The notes below the pieces were generated by a model. The model was not told the DNA's origin and searched no databases. It saw only the letters and a program-made list of their open reading frames with translations. Of a stretch of DNA of 63,477 bases, positions 38,321 through 49,779 are shown in pieces (positions within the stretch are counted from its first letter, which is position 1; the number at the start of each line of letters is the position of its first letter). Source of the DNA: Welwitschia mirabilis (taxonomy: Eukaryota); the NCBI GenBank assembly GCA_051453625.1, contig JBOZIK010000001.1:12501238-12564714 (forward strand). The letters are read 5' to 3'. The position numbers and the translations under genes were made by a program.

Positions 38321-39615
38321 AAGGAGCGCCCAGGCACAAAGTTAAGCATTTGGATGTGAATCAAAGGTGAAACTTACATTTATCAACATACTCCTAGGCT
38401 AGTAGGGGCCAACTATGGTTTTTCATTCTCTCAAGCAAACTAATCAACTTGGTGAGTGTGGTCTAGTTTCCTCTAAATTAACTTTAAAAAAACAAGGGTT
38501 ATTGATTTCTTTTTAAATACAAATATCCCATGTAATGACAAAAACACTTACTCTAGTTGTGAAAAACTCCCTTATCCTCAGAAGGGCAACTATGGTGCCC
38601 TTTACAACCCCTTATGTAAATCAAATTCATGGTTGGTCTTTGTCTCTTTCTTCTCCTATTGATCACAATGATTAGGGTCACTTTCCCACTCTGCAAATAT
38701 CTTGCTTAGATTTCATTCTCACTTTTGCATGTAGCACTCTCAAAAGTTTTTACAAGATGTGGCTAATGATGGCTTTTAGGAAAAAATCCATCTCGTCCCT
38801 TAATCAATTTTGGCCTCTGCACTAGCAAATGCCACCAACTAATTCTAGCAGAAACTAACCTCTTCCAATGAACAACTAAATTGGTTGTCCAAGTCATGTA
38901 AAGAGTGTTAATCCCCAAGTTCACTAAAAGCACTACCTAATTTACTCTACTCAAAGGCCTTGGTTTCCCCCTACCACTCCAGTGCAAGAACCTCCCTTCA
39001 ATTCACTTCAAGAGAACACCTCTAACTTGTTTTGATGACTATGTTGATCCTTCAAGTACATCCTATTGGTCCTTTTCACAACAGGATGAACTTTAGTTAG
39101 ACCCTTGGCTTGTTTTTAATCTCTTGTTTTATGTACTTTTCTTGATTCCCAGGACATGTGGCCCCTTCCTTTTTTTGGCCCCTCTATGTTGGAAATTTCT
39201 TTATTTTATGTTTGCTTTGTGTGGAGTCTAACCAACTCTTGCTCCACCAAATAGGACTTGGGCAACAAACAATTGAATTAGTTGAGTCAAGTCATGTAAA
39301 AAACAGTTAATACCCAAACTTATTGACAACAACATTTATCCTCTCCCAAATCCAATGTACCAACCTTCCCTTCAATCCACTCCATGATGAATGGACTCCT
39401 GTTTGTTTTGATTACAAACATCAAGCCTTTCAATGTCCAACACCATCTTGACCCTCTTTATGATGGGATATGTTTTGAATGGGTCCTTCAACTACTTTTA
39501 GTGCCTTGCCTTAGGTAACATGGCACATTAGGTTTTGTTTTTCTCTTTATGTTGGAATTTTTTTCTATTTCATAGTGGCCAAATTTTAGAGTGAGTCCCA
39601 GAGCATAGTCCCATT

Positions 39616-39812
39616 GGTCCACCATTCTATAACCACAGAATGTGATCAAAGTTGACTAGATCCATTGACCCCTTAGGAATGGGGTCCACCATTCTATAAC
39701 TATAAAATGTGATCAAAGTTGACTAGATCCATTGACCCCTTAGGAATGGTATAAGTCCATAACTACAAAATCTGATCAAGTTGAGTAGATCCATTGACCC
39801 CTTAAGAATGGT
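39616..39812. repeat. ~67-bp tandem repeat, 3 copies
   Basis: ggtccaccattctataac..aatgtgatcaaagttgactagatccattgaccccttaggaatgg at 39616 and 39683, with a more diverged third copy at ~39750. Confidence 0.9.
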
Positions 39813-40129
39813 AGACCATTCCAAAGAAAATGTCAAATAGAACTAAAGACAAGCAATATGTAATGGTTTCTCTTTAATTAATTAAATTCGAACTTTTACT
39901 ATCCAAACAATGATTCTAATATATTTTAGTTATGATAAAGTAATAAAATTGCATTAATAATATGAAATATGAAATAAGTTTGTCAAGAAAACATTTAAGG
40001 CTTATGAAATTCTTATCTCTTTCTCTTTCTTTTTCATTTTTGCCCCAATTTTTCCTGCTTTTTTTTAAAAATAAATCATGAGAATTGTATAGCACTCACT
40101 AAGACTACTAGTTTACTTAATCGAATAAA

Positions 40130-40337
40130 ATCCCATGTGTAGCCACTATCAGCCCAGAAGTTGGCCACCAAATTTCTAGGTCCTGAATATATATCCATTC
40201 CTAGGGCTTTGAAGCCCACACCAAGCATGCCTTGAATATCCAAGTAGAATTTTCAAGAAGACCCACATGTCCTAGGACTTGAACCCAAATGTTAAAGCTC
40301 ACACTTTTTACACATAGCCTAAACCAGCTATGCTATA
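40130..40337 (-). mobile_element. tRNA-derived SINE-like element
   Basis: Minus strand A-box TAGCATAGCTGG (40335-40324) and B-box GGGTTCAAGTCC (40286-40275). No tRNA cloverleaf or CCA end visible. 3' boundary approximate. Confidence 0.6.
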
Positions 40338-40539
40338 CTATAACTCAGTTAGTTGACATCAAAAATACATAAAGCCTTACTCATACATCCCAAGGTTTGG
40401 GTACAAAGCAACTTGGACAATGTTAATCTAAAGCCCATGGATCAACTCACTAGTAAATTGTGAGTCTTTTTGTGATCAAAATACAAGTTTATTATTCTTC
40501 ATGTTAGGCTCCTTCCTTTTTAGCTTTTCAAAAAATAAA

Positions 40540-41990
40540 GAGGCTTTTCAAAAGTTTCATGTAGTTGTCAATAAACTCACATTGAGGCTTTGCTCAAGTG
40601 CTTGGGACATTTAACTTTGCCTAAAGATCAAGGTGGTTTGGGTTTCCTCAACTCTTTTAAGCAAGGTCTAATGCTTGCGGCCAAATAGTTATTTCAACAC
40701 TTACAGGCAAATGATCTTATTGGTACCCTTTTACAGTCGAGACTACAATAAGTCTATCCTACTAATCGACCTTTCTGGAAAGTCATGCATTTTTTTAATT
40801 GGATTTTTGCTCTCACTATTTTAATCTCCTAGGCATGCATGTCGTAAGAAGCACTTGATGCTCATGGAAAATCCTGCATTCTTACATCAAGTAGGAGAAA
40901 ATAATCATACCTCCATCCTTGCTCCAGACCATTTTTGCTTGACGGTTGCCTCTCTCATTGGCTCCATTTGTTATCACTACCCCTAGATTAGCTACATGAT
41001 GGCACCAAAAATGTTGTCTCAGATTAGCAGGCCAGTGGATTTGTTGGAATACTTTCAAAAACTTACACGAAACTTCTCCAACAATGTTTAATTTGGCTAT
41101 GTACCTTCTTTATTTAGTCAGTCTACCTGGACATTACCCTTTAAAAGATTTTCATAGGTTTGTAATGGTCTAATGGCTCAACACTTTTATTTATCAGACT
41201 CAAAACTCCTTCATGATTCTACTACTATAACAGCTCGCTGCAATGAAATGTGAAACAAGCAACTACAGCCTTTTGGACTATTGTTTTTAAGAATATCTGG
41301 CGAATTCTTGCAATTCCTTTAAAAAACATGTGTTGTGGCATCTTCTTTATCAAGATTTACTAATTGGTCAGATGTCTACAACATTTGGGTTTTTCAAACC
41401 CTTTGTGCCCTTAATGTAGACATTAAGATAATTTTATCCTTATTTTTTGGACTTTGTTGTTTTGCTAGAAACACCTAGATATAGACATGCCACATCCTTC
41501 ACAATATACATTTTACAAAGTTCACAATATACATTTTACAAAGTCCATGGTATTCTTTGGCTCTTTGCCAGATAACCATACACATCTTCAGTTTCTTTGG
41601 AAAGTCATATATCTCATGGTTCTATTTCACATCTAGAAATGGTGATATAATATCATTTTCTAAAGGATGGGTTACTCTCTTCCTCCTTTTCTCCTTATTG
41701 AAGAACAAACTAACATCTTACAATGTATTTACTTTTAGATTCGCACACAAGTAGAAAAGGTCCAATTGAAAGTAAACTATTTGATGCAATTGCTTGAGCA
41801 GCGCTCTTATTAGTAGCATAACACCCATGGCTAGGCCTTTATAGTCTCTACATATGTTTCTTTACATTTGTTTTTGAAACTATCATTCTTTGGTTTGGTC
41901 TAGGTCTTTAATTTTTGTGATCTAATAGTCGACTTTGCTACTGCTTTTGTTAGCACTTTGTAAACTTGTCATTTTGGGGTACTTTAATGA
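40540..41990 (+). mobile_element. 5'-truncated L1 LINE remnant (post-RT region, zf-RVT)
   Basis: LTLPKDQGGLGF at ~40612-40647 (the L1 PKxxGGLG motif), a decayed WxI/IPxK..W....L..CxxC zf-RVT pattern at ~41290-41460, and a T-rich ttgtaaac..ttaatgaaat 3' tail at ~41960-41995. Confidence 0.65.
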
Positions 41991-42370
41991 AATGTTTTTC
42001 AAGGTCTAACATTGCCCCCCAAAAAATTCATGTCCCATTGGTGCCTATCTGGATGAATCAATCAGACCCAAAGGCATAGCCTGTGATATCTACATCAAAG
42101 ACTTTGGTGCCACCCTCACAGCCAAACATGAGCTGCTCTCTCAAATCCCCCAAAGTAAACCATCCAAGGTTAGAGTTCTAGGGTTTGATACTTCTTGTAC
42201 ATCAATAGCTTCAAGAATTGTTCCCTATGATGATGATTCCGACTAGGGCTGAAAAAGTGATGGCTTCACAGACATTTAGCAAAAACAATAGTGCATGGCA
42301 TTATTCTTCTAGAAAGAAGTATCTGGAAACTAATTAAAGTAAATGAATGATAGTTTGTTTAGGCACATCT

Positions 42371-42394
42371 AAAAAAAAAAAAAAAAAAAAAAAA
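42371..42394. repeat. Poly(A) tract, 24 nt
   Basis: Run of 24 A. Confidence 0.95.
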
Positions 42395-43374
42395 GGTCCT
42401 GACTCTCCTATTCATGCTCAGAGAACACTCTTACCTCCTTCACAAATTCTGAGTTCAGATCATAGAAGGATCACAGGCAGATAGAAAGGGAATGGAATGT
42501 GGTGCACTTTTTCTCCAGCAAACTATAGTATTCAGTACTAAGGAAATATCAATAGGTTGACTCCAATGAACAGGAAATGTAGGATTTTACAAACATGAAG
42601 AAAGTATTCTGTCACAATTGAATATTGGGTATTGGCTATGCAATGCAAAAGCCAAGTAAAGCAAACGAAAATTGAGTCACTTTAACAAGACAAACAAACC
42701 ATTTTGTGGTTAGTGGTAAGGGGAAACTGAAGAAATAAGCCAATTTAATAACAGACATACTGCTTGGCCTGAAAAGTGTCTACAAAAGATGCATTCCTCA
42801 ACAGAAAAAGTAAAAGAAATTGAGGCTCGTGCAACACCATAGCCAATGCTCAGACCTAGTGATCTGCACTCTCCCAGAACTCGAAAGTAGTATGTGAAAG
42901 CTGGAAGTGGTATTAAGCTGATGCACAAATGACTTTCTCAATGATACTCATTGCTTGAGAGGCACGGGAAGGTGAACAAGCAAATATGGATGGAAGTTAT
43001 GTCATGGAGAAAACTAAAAGTGAAATAAATTTACACTTGTATGACAGTATAGTCAACACTCATGGTGAGCTTCAGTCTCTTGAAATTTGAACAGAGAATG
43101 TAAAACTTGAAAGTAGCTTTCAACTGATACAGAGGTAGTTTACCCAATGGTACTCACTAGTGAGGTACACAAAGGCTCAACAAGTGGATACTATTGGAAG
43201 CTGTTCAATGAGCAATGTGGATTCACTGATTAACAAGTGTCATCAGAAAAATTTTCTTTTACGTGACAGTATGTCATTCAGTTATCACCAAATTTCTTGC
43301 TGTCTCCCAAGAAAAATCACAGAAGACGAAAGGCTAAAGAAAAAGAATTAGTTGTAAACTCTCACAAATGTATG

Positions 43375-45588
43375 TTACAAGGAGGGGTCTGCAAAAATGT
43401 CAGCAAATGAATCATCCTTACCATCTGCAAAAAGCTCTGCATCCTTTTCCTCATCTGTCAGAAAATCTCTTCTTTCCAGCTTTGTGTGGGAGGCAATAAA
43501 TATCATCTTCTGAGCTCTGTCCATGGCAGCCCTTGAATGCCCATGAGTATACAACCATCTCATGAATGAGAAATTGAAGTTCAGCCCACAAGAAGTTGCA
43601 TGAAGAAATATCAGTCGTATTGCAACCCTCCCTAATACTCTAAAATTGCTTAGGCAGGTTTCCCATACGAGCCTTCTGCTCTGAGGATTGGCAATTTTCA
43701 TCTTCCCTGTAACAGGATCCAGTTGTCTGAGTTGAACTGCCTGGGCATAGAGGGGGTCAAGGCCCTCAGCGCGCCATTTCATCAGTTCCATTAAGGCAAT
43801 GTGTGCCTCGTCTCTGTAAACCAGCCTAGTTATTATCCTATCAACATCCTTCTCCTGATCACTGGTTAAGCATTTGAAAGGAGGCAAGTATTTTCCACTA
43901 CTGTCCTTGATAAGATACAGAGGATCCAGAATAAAAGCAGCAGCCCATGCTGGATGGTAGTTCTTGATAAATCTCTTTTCTATAATCTCATTCACAGGCT
44001 CTTCATCTAAATTATACTTTGTGCACCAGTCTCTCACCTTCGACCTGAACTCATCCCAGAGTGGCAAACACTGTCCCACCAGGGGCCTCTCATTCTCAAT
44101 GTCTTGAGCCAGAGTTCTCACTACTCTAACCAGTGATAGAACAGCTTCAAGATCACTCCAAAAGCTTGTGTTTTTTATCATCTCTGCAACTTCCCTCCCA
44201 AGAGGATCATCTGCATAGAATATCTTAAAGGAATCATCAAAAATGATAAGCTGAAGAACCCGCGCCGAAGTAGCAATGTCTTCCATCATGGAATGATTAA
44301 AAGGGAAACTACTGTTAGAGACAGGAGACTCAGGAGGAACTCTGAACAGTTTCACATGCTCTGTTTCTTGGGTCTGATACTTCTGAAAGAATGAGCTAGT
44401 TTGATGGTTGCTATTGAAGAATGTGGCTAACTTAAAGCATTGAGAAGCAACACTTTGGAACAAATAGTAGTGCTTATGAAAATCTTTTAGCAAGCTATGA
44501 AATGCATGTACCTGGCATGTAAGATTCACCATCCAATAATTCTTATCCTCTAAATCGCGGAGTGCCTTCGTCTTCTCCTTATCTGTGTCTGCAATTATAC
44601 CAACACATCTCTCTACAGATGTGCCACATATTCCTGTTATTGTTTCCCAGAGAGCTTCTTCAACATATTTTGAAGGGACTGCTGCACTGGTGAAAAGGGC
44701 TTTACGGAAGAGACTAGATCCATTAGGAAGGTTTAAGATCAGGTTCACTAATGTATCAACATATCCTGAATTCTTTTTCCTCCAACCATCTGATGCGAGC
44801 TGGAAAAACATCGCATCCTTGAGCTTTGCCTCAGACTCGTTTCTTACTTCCTCAAATTTGGCATCCAATTTTTCAAAAGCAAGATATTTTGTACTGATTG
44901 GTGGAAGGCCCATATGACTGAGAAAAGCCTTAAATTTAGGATGCTCTACACAAGAAAAGGAGACTGTGCCACAACATTCGTAGATCCATTCTGCAAGCAG
45001 ATTAAAAGCTGTTTCAACTTGAGCTTTACCTAGGGTTTGTCCTGGTACACCTCTTCCTCCTGGACTCTTGAGCTTTTTCACGCTGTCTTCTAACAGTGCA
45101 AGGGCACCCAAATCATCCTTCCCCCCAGAAAGCGCCCGTGGAGCTGGGCTGTTAACATGGAGCCCATCAGAATAGGAATGGGGAGAAGCTGTTCTGACAA
45201 TGGGAATTGCAGTTTGAGGCAAGGCAAGGGCATTTCTCTTCCTGTTTTGTGAATTAGTAATAGGATTCAAAGTTTTAGGAGGGATAGAGGAGATGGGTGT
45301 TGGAACTGCTCCATTGAAATTGGGGCAAGTGCCTCGTTTCAGGTGCTCTGAAGCTGTCCTAGAAGGATTTGATGCTGAAAATAAAGCACTGCAGAGGCCA
45401 CATCTCAGCTTCACGGCTTTGGCAACCCCTGTATCTTTGTTTTGAAACAGAATAGGTTCAAGATGTAGCCAGTACCATGCCCCTTTACCTTTAATCGCCC
45501 GTGTTCGCACTGTCACCAGTCCCTCATATCGCTTCTGCAGTGTCTTTGCATACAGTTCATCCTGCTGCTGATGGCTTGGTGTTGCCAT
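43375..45588 (-). CDS. hAT-transposase-derived conserved plant protein (737 aa; BED-like zinc finger + DUF659-like/RNase-H-like hAT core), probably a domesticated host gene
   Basis: Only long stop-free ATG-initiated ORF in the window, with higher GC than the flanks. Motifs: WYWLHLE..VKLRCGLC..SEHLKRGTC (BED-like), FFQLASDGW (first catalytic D, 44782-44793), IIADT (second D), CQVH (hAT CxxH, 44506-44517), HPAWAAAFILDP, and LHATSCG where hAT enzymes have SSSxCERxFS. From memory the N-terminus (KRYEGLxxVRTxAxKGKGAWYW) resembles Arabidopsis AT1G12380/AT1G62870-type proteins; not verified by search. Confidence 0.93.
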   Translation of the reverse strand: MATPSHQQQDELYAKTLQKRYEGLVTVRTRAIKGKGAWYWLHLEPILFQNKDTGVAKAVKLRCGLCSALFSASNPSRTASEHLKRGTCPNFNGAVPTPISSIPPKTLNPITNSQNRKRNALALPQTAIPIVRTASPHSYSDGLHVNSPAPRALSGGKDDLGALALLEDSVKKLKSPGGRGVPGQTLGKAQVETAFNLLAEWIYECCGTVSFSCVEHPKFKAFLSHMGLPPISTKYLAFEKLDAKFEEVRNESEAKLKDAMFFQLASDGWRKKNSGYVDTLVNLILNLPNGSSLFRKALFTSAAVPSKYVEEALWETITGICGTSVERCVGIIADTDKEKTKALRDLEDKNYWMVNLTCQVHAFHSLLKDFHKHYYLFQSVASQCFKLATFFNSNHQTSSFFQKYQTQETEHVKLFRVPPESPVSNSSFPFNHSMMEDIATSARVLQLIIFDDSFKIFYADDPLGREVAEMIKNTSFWSDLEAVLSLVRVVRTLAQDIENERPLVGQCLPLWDEFRSKVRDWCTKYNLDEEPVNEIIEKRFIKNYHPAWAAAFILDPLYLIKDSSGKYLPPFKCLTSDQEKDVDRIITRLVYRDEAHIALMELMKWRAEGLDPLYAQAVQLRQLDPVTGKMKIANPQSRRLVWETCLSNFRVLGRVAIRLIFLHATSCGLNFNFSFMRWLYTHGHSRAAMDRAQKMIFIASHTKLERRDFLTDEEKDAELFADGKDDSFADIFADPSL

Positions 45589-45658
45589 CGGTTGACTACT
45601 CTACTACGTCTATGTGTTGATTTTGTTCTCTGTCTGACACTGCTCCCAGTTCTCCAAG

Positions 45659-46879
45659 CTGCACGCAGCTTCCAGATTTTAAATTACAGGTAAAAGTACA
45701 GTCCTCCAAACAAATGACGTAAAATTTAAGATAGGCACCATTATACTACTGTGTGAATATCAGCACTGAGGAATTAGAAATCATGCATAGACTATGAACA
45801 TTTATACAGATAGCATAATCGTGAACTGCAATGCAAAACGAAGAAAGAAAGATGTCTGAAACTGAACAGAAGCATTCTGACGGGAGGACAAAAGTGTTTT
45901 CTGATCAGTACAGCATGCTGATCGTCTGATACTGCTAATTTCTCTATGGAATGTTAGAAAAAGGATAACAAGACGGAAGAGAGACAACCTAATTTAACCC
46001 CATCGAGAGCTGTGGAAAACTACACTGTCCAGAATGATACTGGGCTTCTTTGATTCAACGTTCAAATTGTACAAACACGGCGAGATTTCATGGAAGATCA
46101 ACATTACAGCTCAATAAAAGAAAAAGGAACTAACAACAGAGATCTCAGATAGACTGCCCACCAAACACAGGGCTTGCAATCTTTAAAACACCTTCCAAGC
46201 TTTCCAACAGATAAAAACATTCCAGAATTCTAACTCTACAAATGAAATAAAGATGGATAAATAAGAGACTTTCAGTCATGACAAGAGAAGAAACACAGGG
46301 GATAGCAGAACTTACATCCATGCTTGACACCCTGCATTGAAGGAAGCCAGTCAGCTGAAGAGCAGTCCCTCGTTGCTGGACTTTGTTATTGCCGACATCC
46401 AAATCTCATTAAAATAAAACGCCAAATGAACGAAAAAATCCATCAATAACTTATTCTGCATAAAAACAACAGAATTTGGAGAGAAAAACACAGGGATCCC
46501 CAAAAAGGGCCATGCTCAGTCAAATCAAAATCAAAAGAAACAGCATCAAAATGCCTAAGGTGAAACAGTGTACTGCTGAAAACATCGGGAAAACCTGAAA
46601 ACCAGTTGTATAGAAGCTCTGAGGAGGGAGGTGAAGAAATTAAATAGAAAAGGAAGCGATAAGCGTGGCTTGGAATTTGCCAGAAAAGTGAGCAGAGCTT
46701 TCTCGTGAAAAGGACATTGAAGGCTGTGGGAAAAGTGAGAAAAACACCACACCCTGGAATTGGATATTCAAGAAATTGAAACCAGTGACGGAAAACTGGA
46801 ATAGAAATAGGGAAAGATTCAAAAATTGCAGGCGGGTGGGCTAAATCTTCAATTTCAACAGTGAAAAGCAGATAATTAC
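45659..46879 (-). other. Putative 5'UTR intron of the hAT-derived gene
   Basis: Minus-strand donor GAAG|GTAATT at ~46879 and acceptor TGCAG| at 45663-45659, about 70 nt upstream of the ATG. The interval is T/pyrimidine-rich on the minus strand. Confidence 0.5.
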
Positions 46880-47100
46880 CTTCACTCACAGGGTCTCTGT
46901 GGATTCACAAAAGCTAGAGCAGTCTTTTCTGCTCTTTTGACCGATTGCCGCGCTCTTCTTTCGCACTATGGACAGTGGGTCCGCTTTTCCATAAGAATTG
47001 CTTTGTGGGTCTTCTTCTTCTGCTCCGTGTTATCATCAATCAATCCATCTTTGTTGGACCTTTCACCATTCTCCTTTTCTGGGTGTTTCCAGGGTTGAAT
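46800..47100 (-). promoter_or_regulatory. Probable promoter/first-exon region of the hAT-derived gene (CpG-retaining)
   Basis: Cluster of surviving CG dinucleotides (ggcggg, ccgattgccgcgc, ttcgc, gggtccgc, ctccgt) in a window where TE DNA is nearly CG-free. It lies just upstream of the putative first donor site. Confidence 0.4.
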
Positions 47101-49779
47101 TTCCCTCCAACCATCAAAGATGAATTACTGTATGTATTAGGTATGTAAGAATGATTGTTGTTTGTTTGAAGAATGATTGTATGTCTCCGTGTTTTAGGGA
47201 CAGAATGAGCTTACTCATCTACCTGACTTTGCTCCAAAGGTAGTCGGGAGAGCCCTCAATGCTTGTTTATGATTATATGATACAACTTACATTTATAATC
47301 ATGTTACAGGGATCATTACATCTTGAAAGAGGTTATAAGGTTGCAATTAGCATTCATCTCATTGGCTTACCTCTTAAGCCTTTTTACAGAGTTTGTGATT
47401 AGCATCTCTCTTAGCCTTTCTTTTATTGAACCACTGTAAGATCCTTGGGAGATCCACCATCAAATCAACTTTCATCGGAGGGTATTTCAGTGGATTTTAA
47501 TCATTTCTTGAACAAATAGGTAAAGTAAGAAAGGTTTTTGGTATAATGAATTGATATGAATTCAAGTTTGATCATAGTCTTCCTTGACAAATGTGTTTTA
47601 CGTTTTCAAGTCTTTCTCGCTTTGCAAGTGTTTCATATCTTTCTTTCTCCATCAAAACTATTTTCATTCAAATGCTCTTGTGCATAAAGATTTAAAGATG
47701 TCCTATTAGTGAAAGAACGCTTATTGCCCAAGAGCATCAAGATATCCTACCCAACATTTTTTCTCTCATAACATTTAAGCCTCTCATGCTAACCTAGTAA
47801 CTAATTAGTTTACCTAAGGGATAGAGTTTGTAGACGATTCCACTCCCCATAAGAAAATTGGCGGTCAATAAGCAATACTAACTTAGAGACTTATCCTCCA
47901 TTTAGGAGGTCATGGGTTTGAACTTGTGAATGACCTGATTGGCATACTATGAGGCCTTAGATATAACCCAATCATTTGTTTATCATGGTTACTATACTTT
48001 AAAGGGTGAGGTATGGTCACTCAAAGTTTTGAGTTTGACATTTCCCTTTAACCGAGTCATAAAGAACCTAAATGTACCAATGTAAAATGACATTAAAGAA
48101 ATCATGATATCCTTAAAGTAAATGAAAGATGTATGCAAATATTATTTCATGGTATGTTTTTAGTCTTCTTCAAAAATATATTCACAATGTTATATTGCCT
48201 AAATAAATAAAAAAGTGATCTCCTAGGACGTTAAAGTGATGATTGCTATTCATGTAAGCATAGAGGAAGGGAGAAAAATTCAAAACCATATTTCAAATGA
48301 AGATTCTAATGAAGTTGTTATTAAAAGAATGTAAAGGTTGATAATTGTTGCTTATTTTTTTAGACTTCAAAATTTTGATTAAATTGAATGTTGGAAGCAT
48401 TAATTTTGAAATTGTTTAAATCTTTAATTTCTAAGAATTAGCTATGAAAAGCTCATATTACATTCTAAAGACTAGAGCTTATATAATATAATCTAATATT
48501 ACAAGAGATGAATATGAAAGAGAGGAAAAGTTACAAAGGAAACTAGATTAATATATTACAAAATACTTAAAGGTTTAACCCTAGCCATAAAACCCATATA
48601 GAAAAATAAAAACTTTAATAACTAAAAGTTGTCAACCCTAGAATCTTTTTGGAAATACTTTATTTGCCACCCCTTATGCATGTATCATGAATAAGTGACA
48701 ACATGGCAGCAAAGAAATCTTACTAGGTGATTTTAAAATATCAAAAAAACATTAATTGATTCATATCTAATTTTTTTCTATATGAATTACTATATGAGTT
48801 ATTGGTGTAATTATTTTACATGCTTATTTCCTTTTAAAATTTTATGTTAACTAGAAATGTTCTATGCCTACTTTATGTCCCAATTCGCTAAATTGTCTAA
48901 CCTTTTTGTAATCTTTGAAGAGGTAACATATGATAGTTTCCAAAACTTTAGTTGATTTTTCATAAAGTAAAAACAGCTTCATTATGGAACATGAATTCAG
49001 TAGATTACAGTACAAATTTCAAAGACATGTTATAATCAAGTTTATAAGTTAAAATATTAAAATTTTTTAAGAAAAATGTTTAATTCATTCATTTAAAGAA
49101 CAAATAAGAGAAACAAAACTAGAACCATTGGAAGATATTTCACATAGACCTTAGCGTTTTGTCACTCATGTTCTTTAACATGCATGTTTAGGAATAAGAT
49201 CTAGACAACATAGGTAAAGATTTTTCTTTAACTATTAAATACAATGATATTTATGAAGAAGTGTAAATCTTCATACGTAAGATGAAGATATAAGAGTAGC
49301 AATCATATTGATTTCGTCTAAACCCCATGTCATAACAAATCTAAAATTCTTAAGATAAAGTGATTTTAATTCAATTAGAATTAATGATGATGATGAAGAT
49401 AATTGATTTTGATAATACATGCATATTTAATTTCTCGTTAAAATAAATAATCATATCAAGTAAAATTTCTACTTAACTACTATGTTTTCCTATTTTAATT
49501 ACTATGACACATACATGTTAACAAGTTATCATCTAGTCTTATTAAGTTAAACATTCATAATAGAGGGTTTGTAAGAGCACAGTGATAGAGTTCGAAGAGC
49601 ACAAGGGTGACAAAGGATGACCTAAGGCAGACTTGAGGAGTGTAATAATGGAGTAAAAGGTTGTTTGTAGAAGTGTAAGGATAGAGTGCTAGGCATGCAA
49701 GGACAATGGAGGATTACCTAAGGGTGGCTTAAGGGGTGTGATGTGTAGAAGGTGAGATAGGCTATGTGATACTTTAGTG

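Noticed and set aside
40275-40335. Possible tRNA gene
   Set aside because: A and B boxes are present but no acceptor or anticodon stems could be paired; treated as a SINE head.
44585-44917. 110-aa plus-strand ORF
   Set aside because: Antisense shadow inside the 737-aa CDS, non-ATG start, no recognisable motif.
46443-46889. 148-aa minus-strand ORF upstream of the gene (and overlapping shorter ORFs)
   Set aside because: GTG start and F/L/S-rich composition expected of a pyrimidine-rich UTR intron; it begins across the predicted splice donor.
48440-49523. Possible further minus-strand LTR ending catgttaaca (49514-49523)
   Set aside because: Only the 10-bp terminus matches family A; no internal collinearity could be confirmed by eye.
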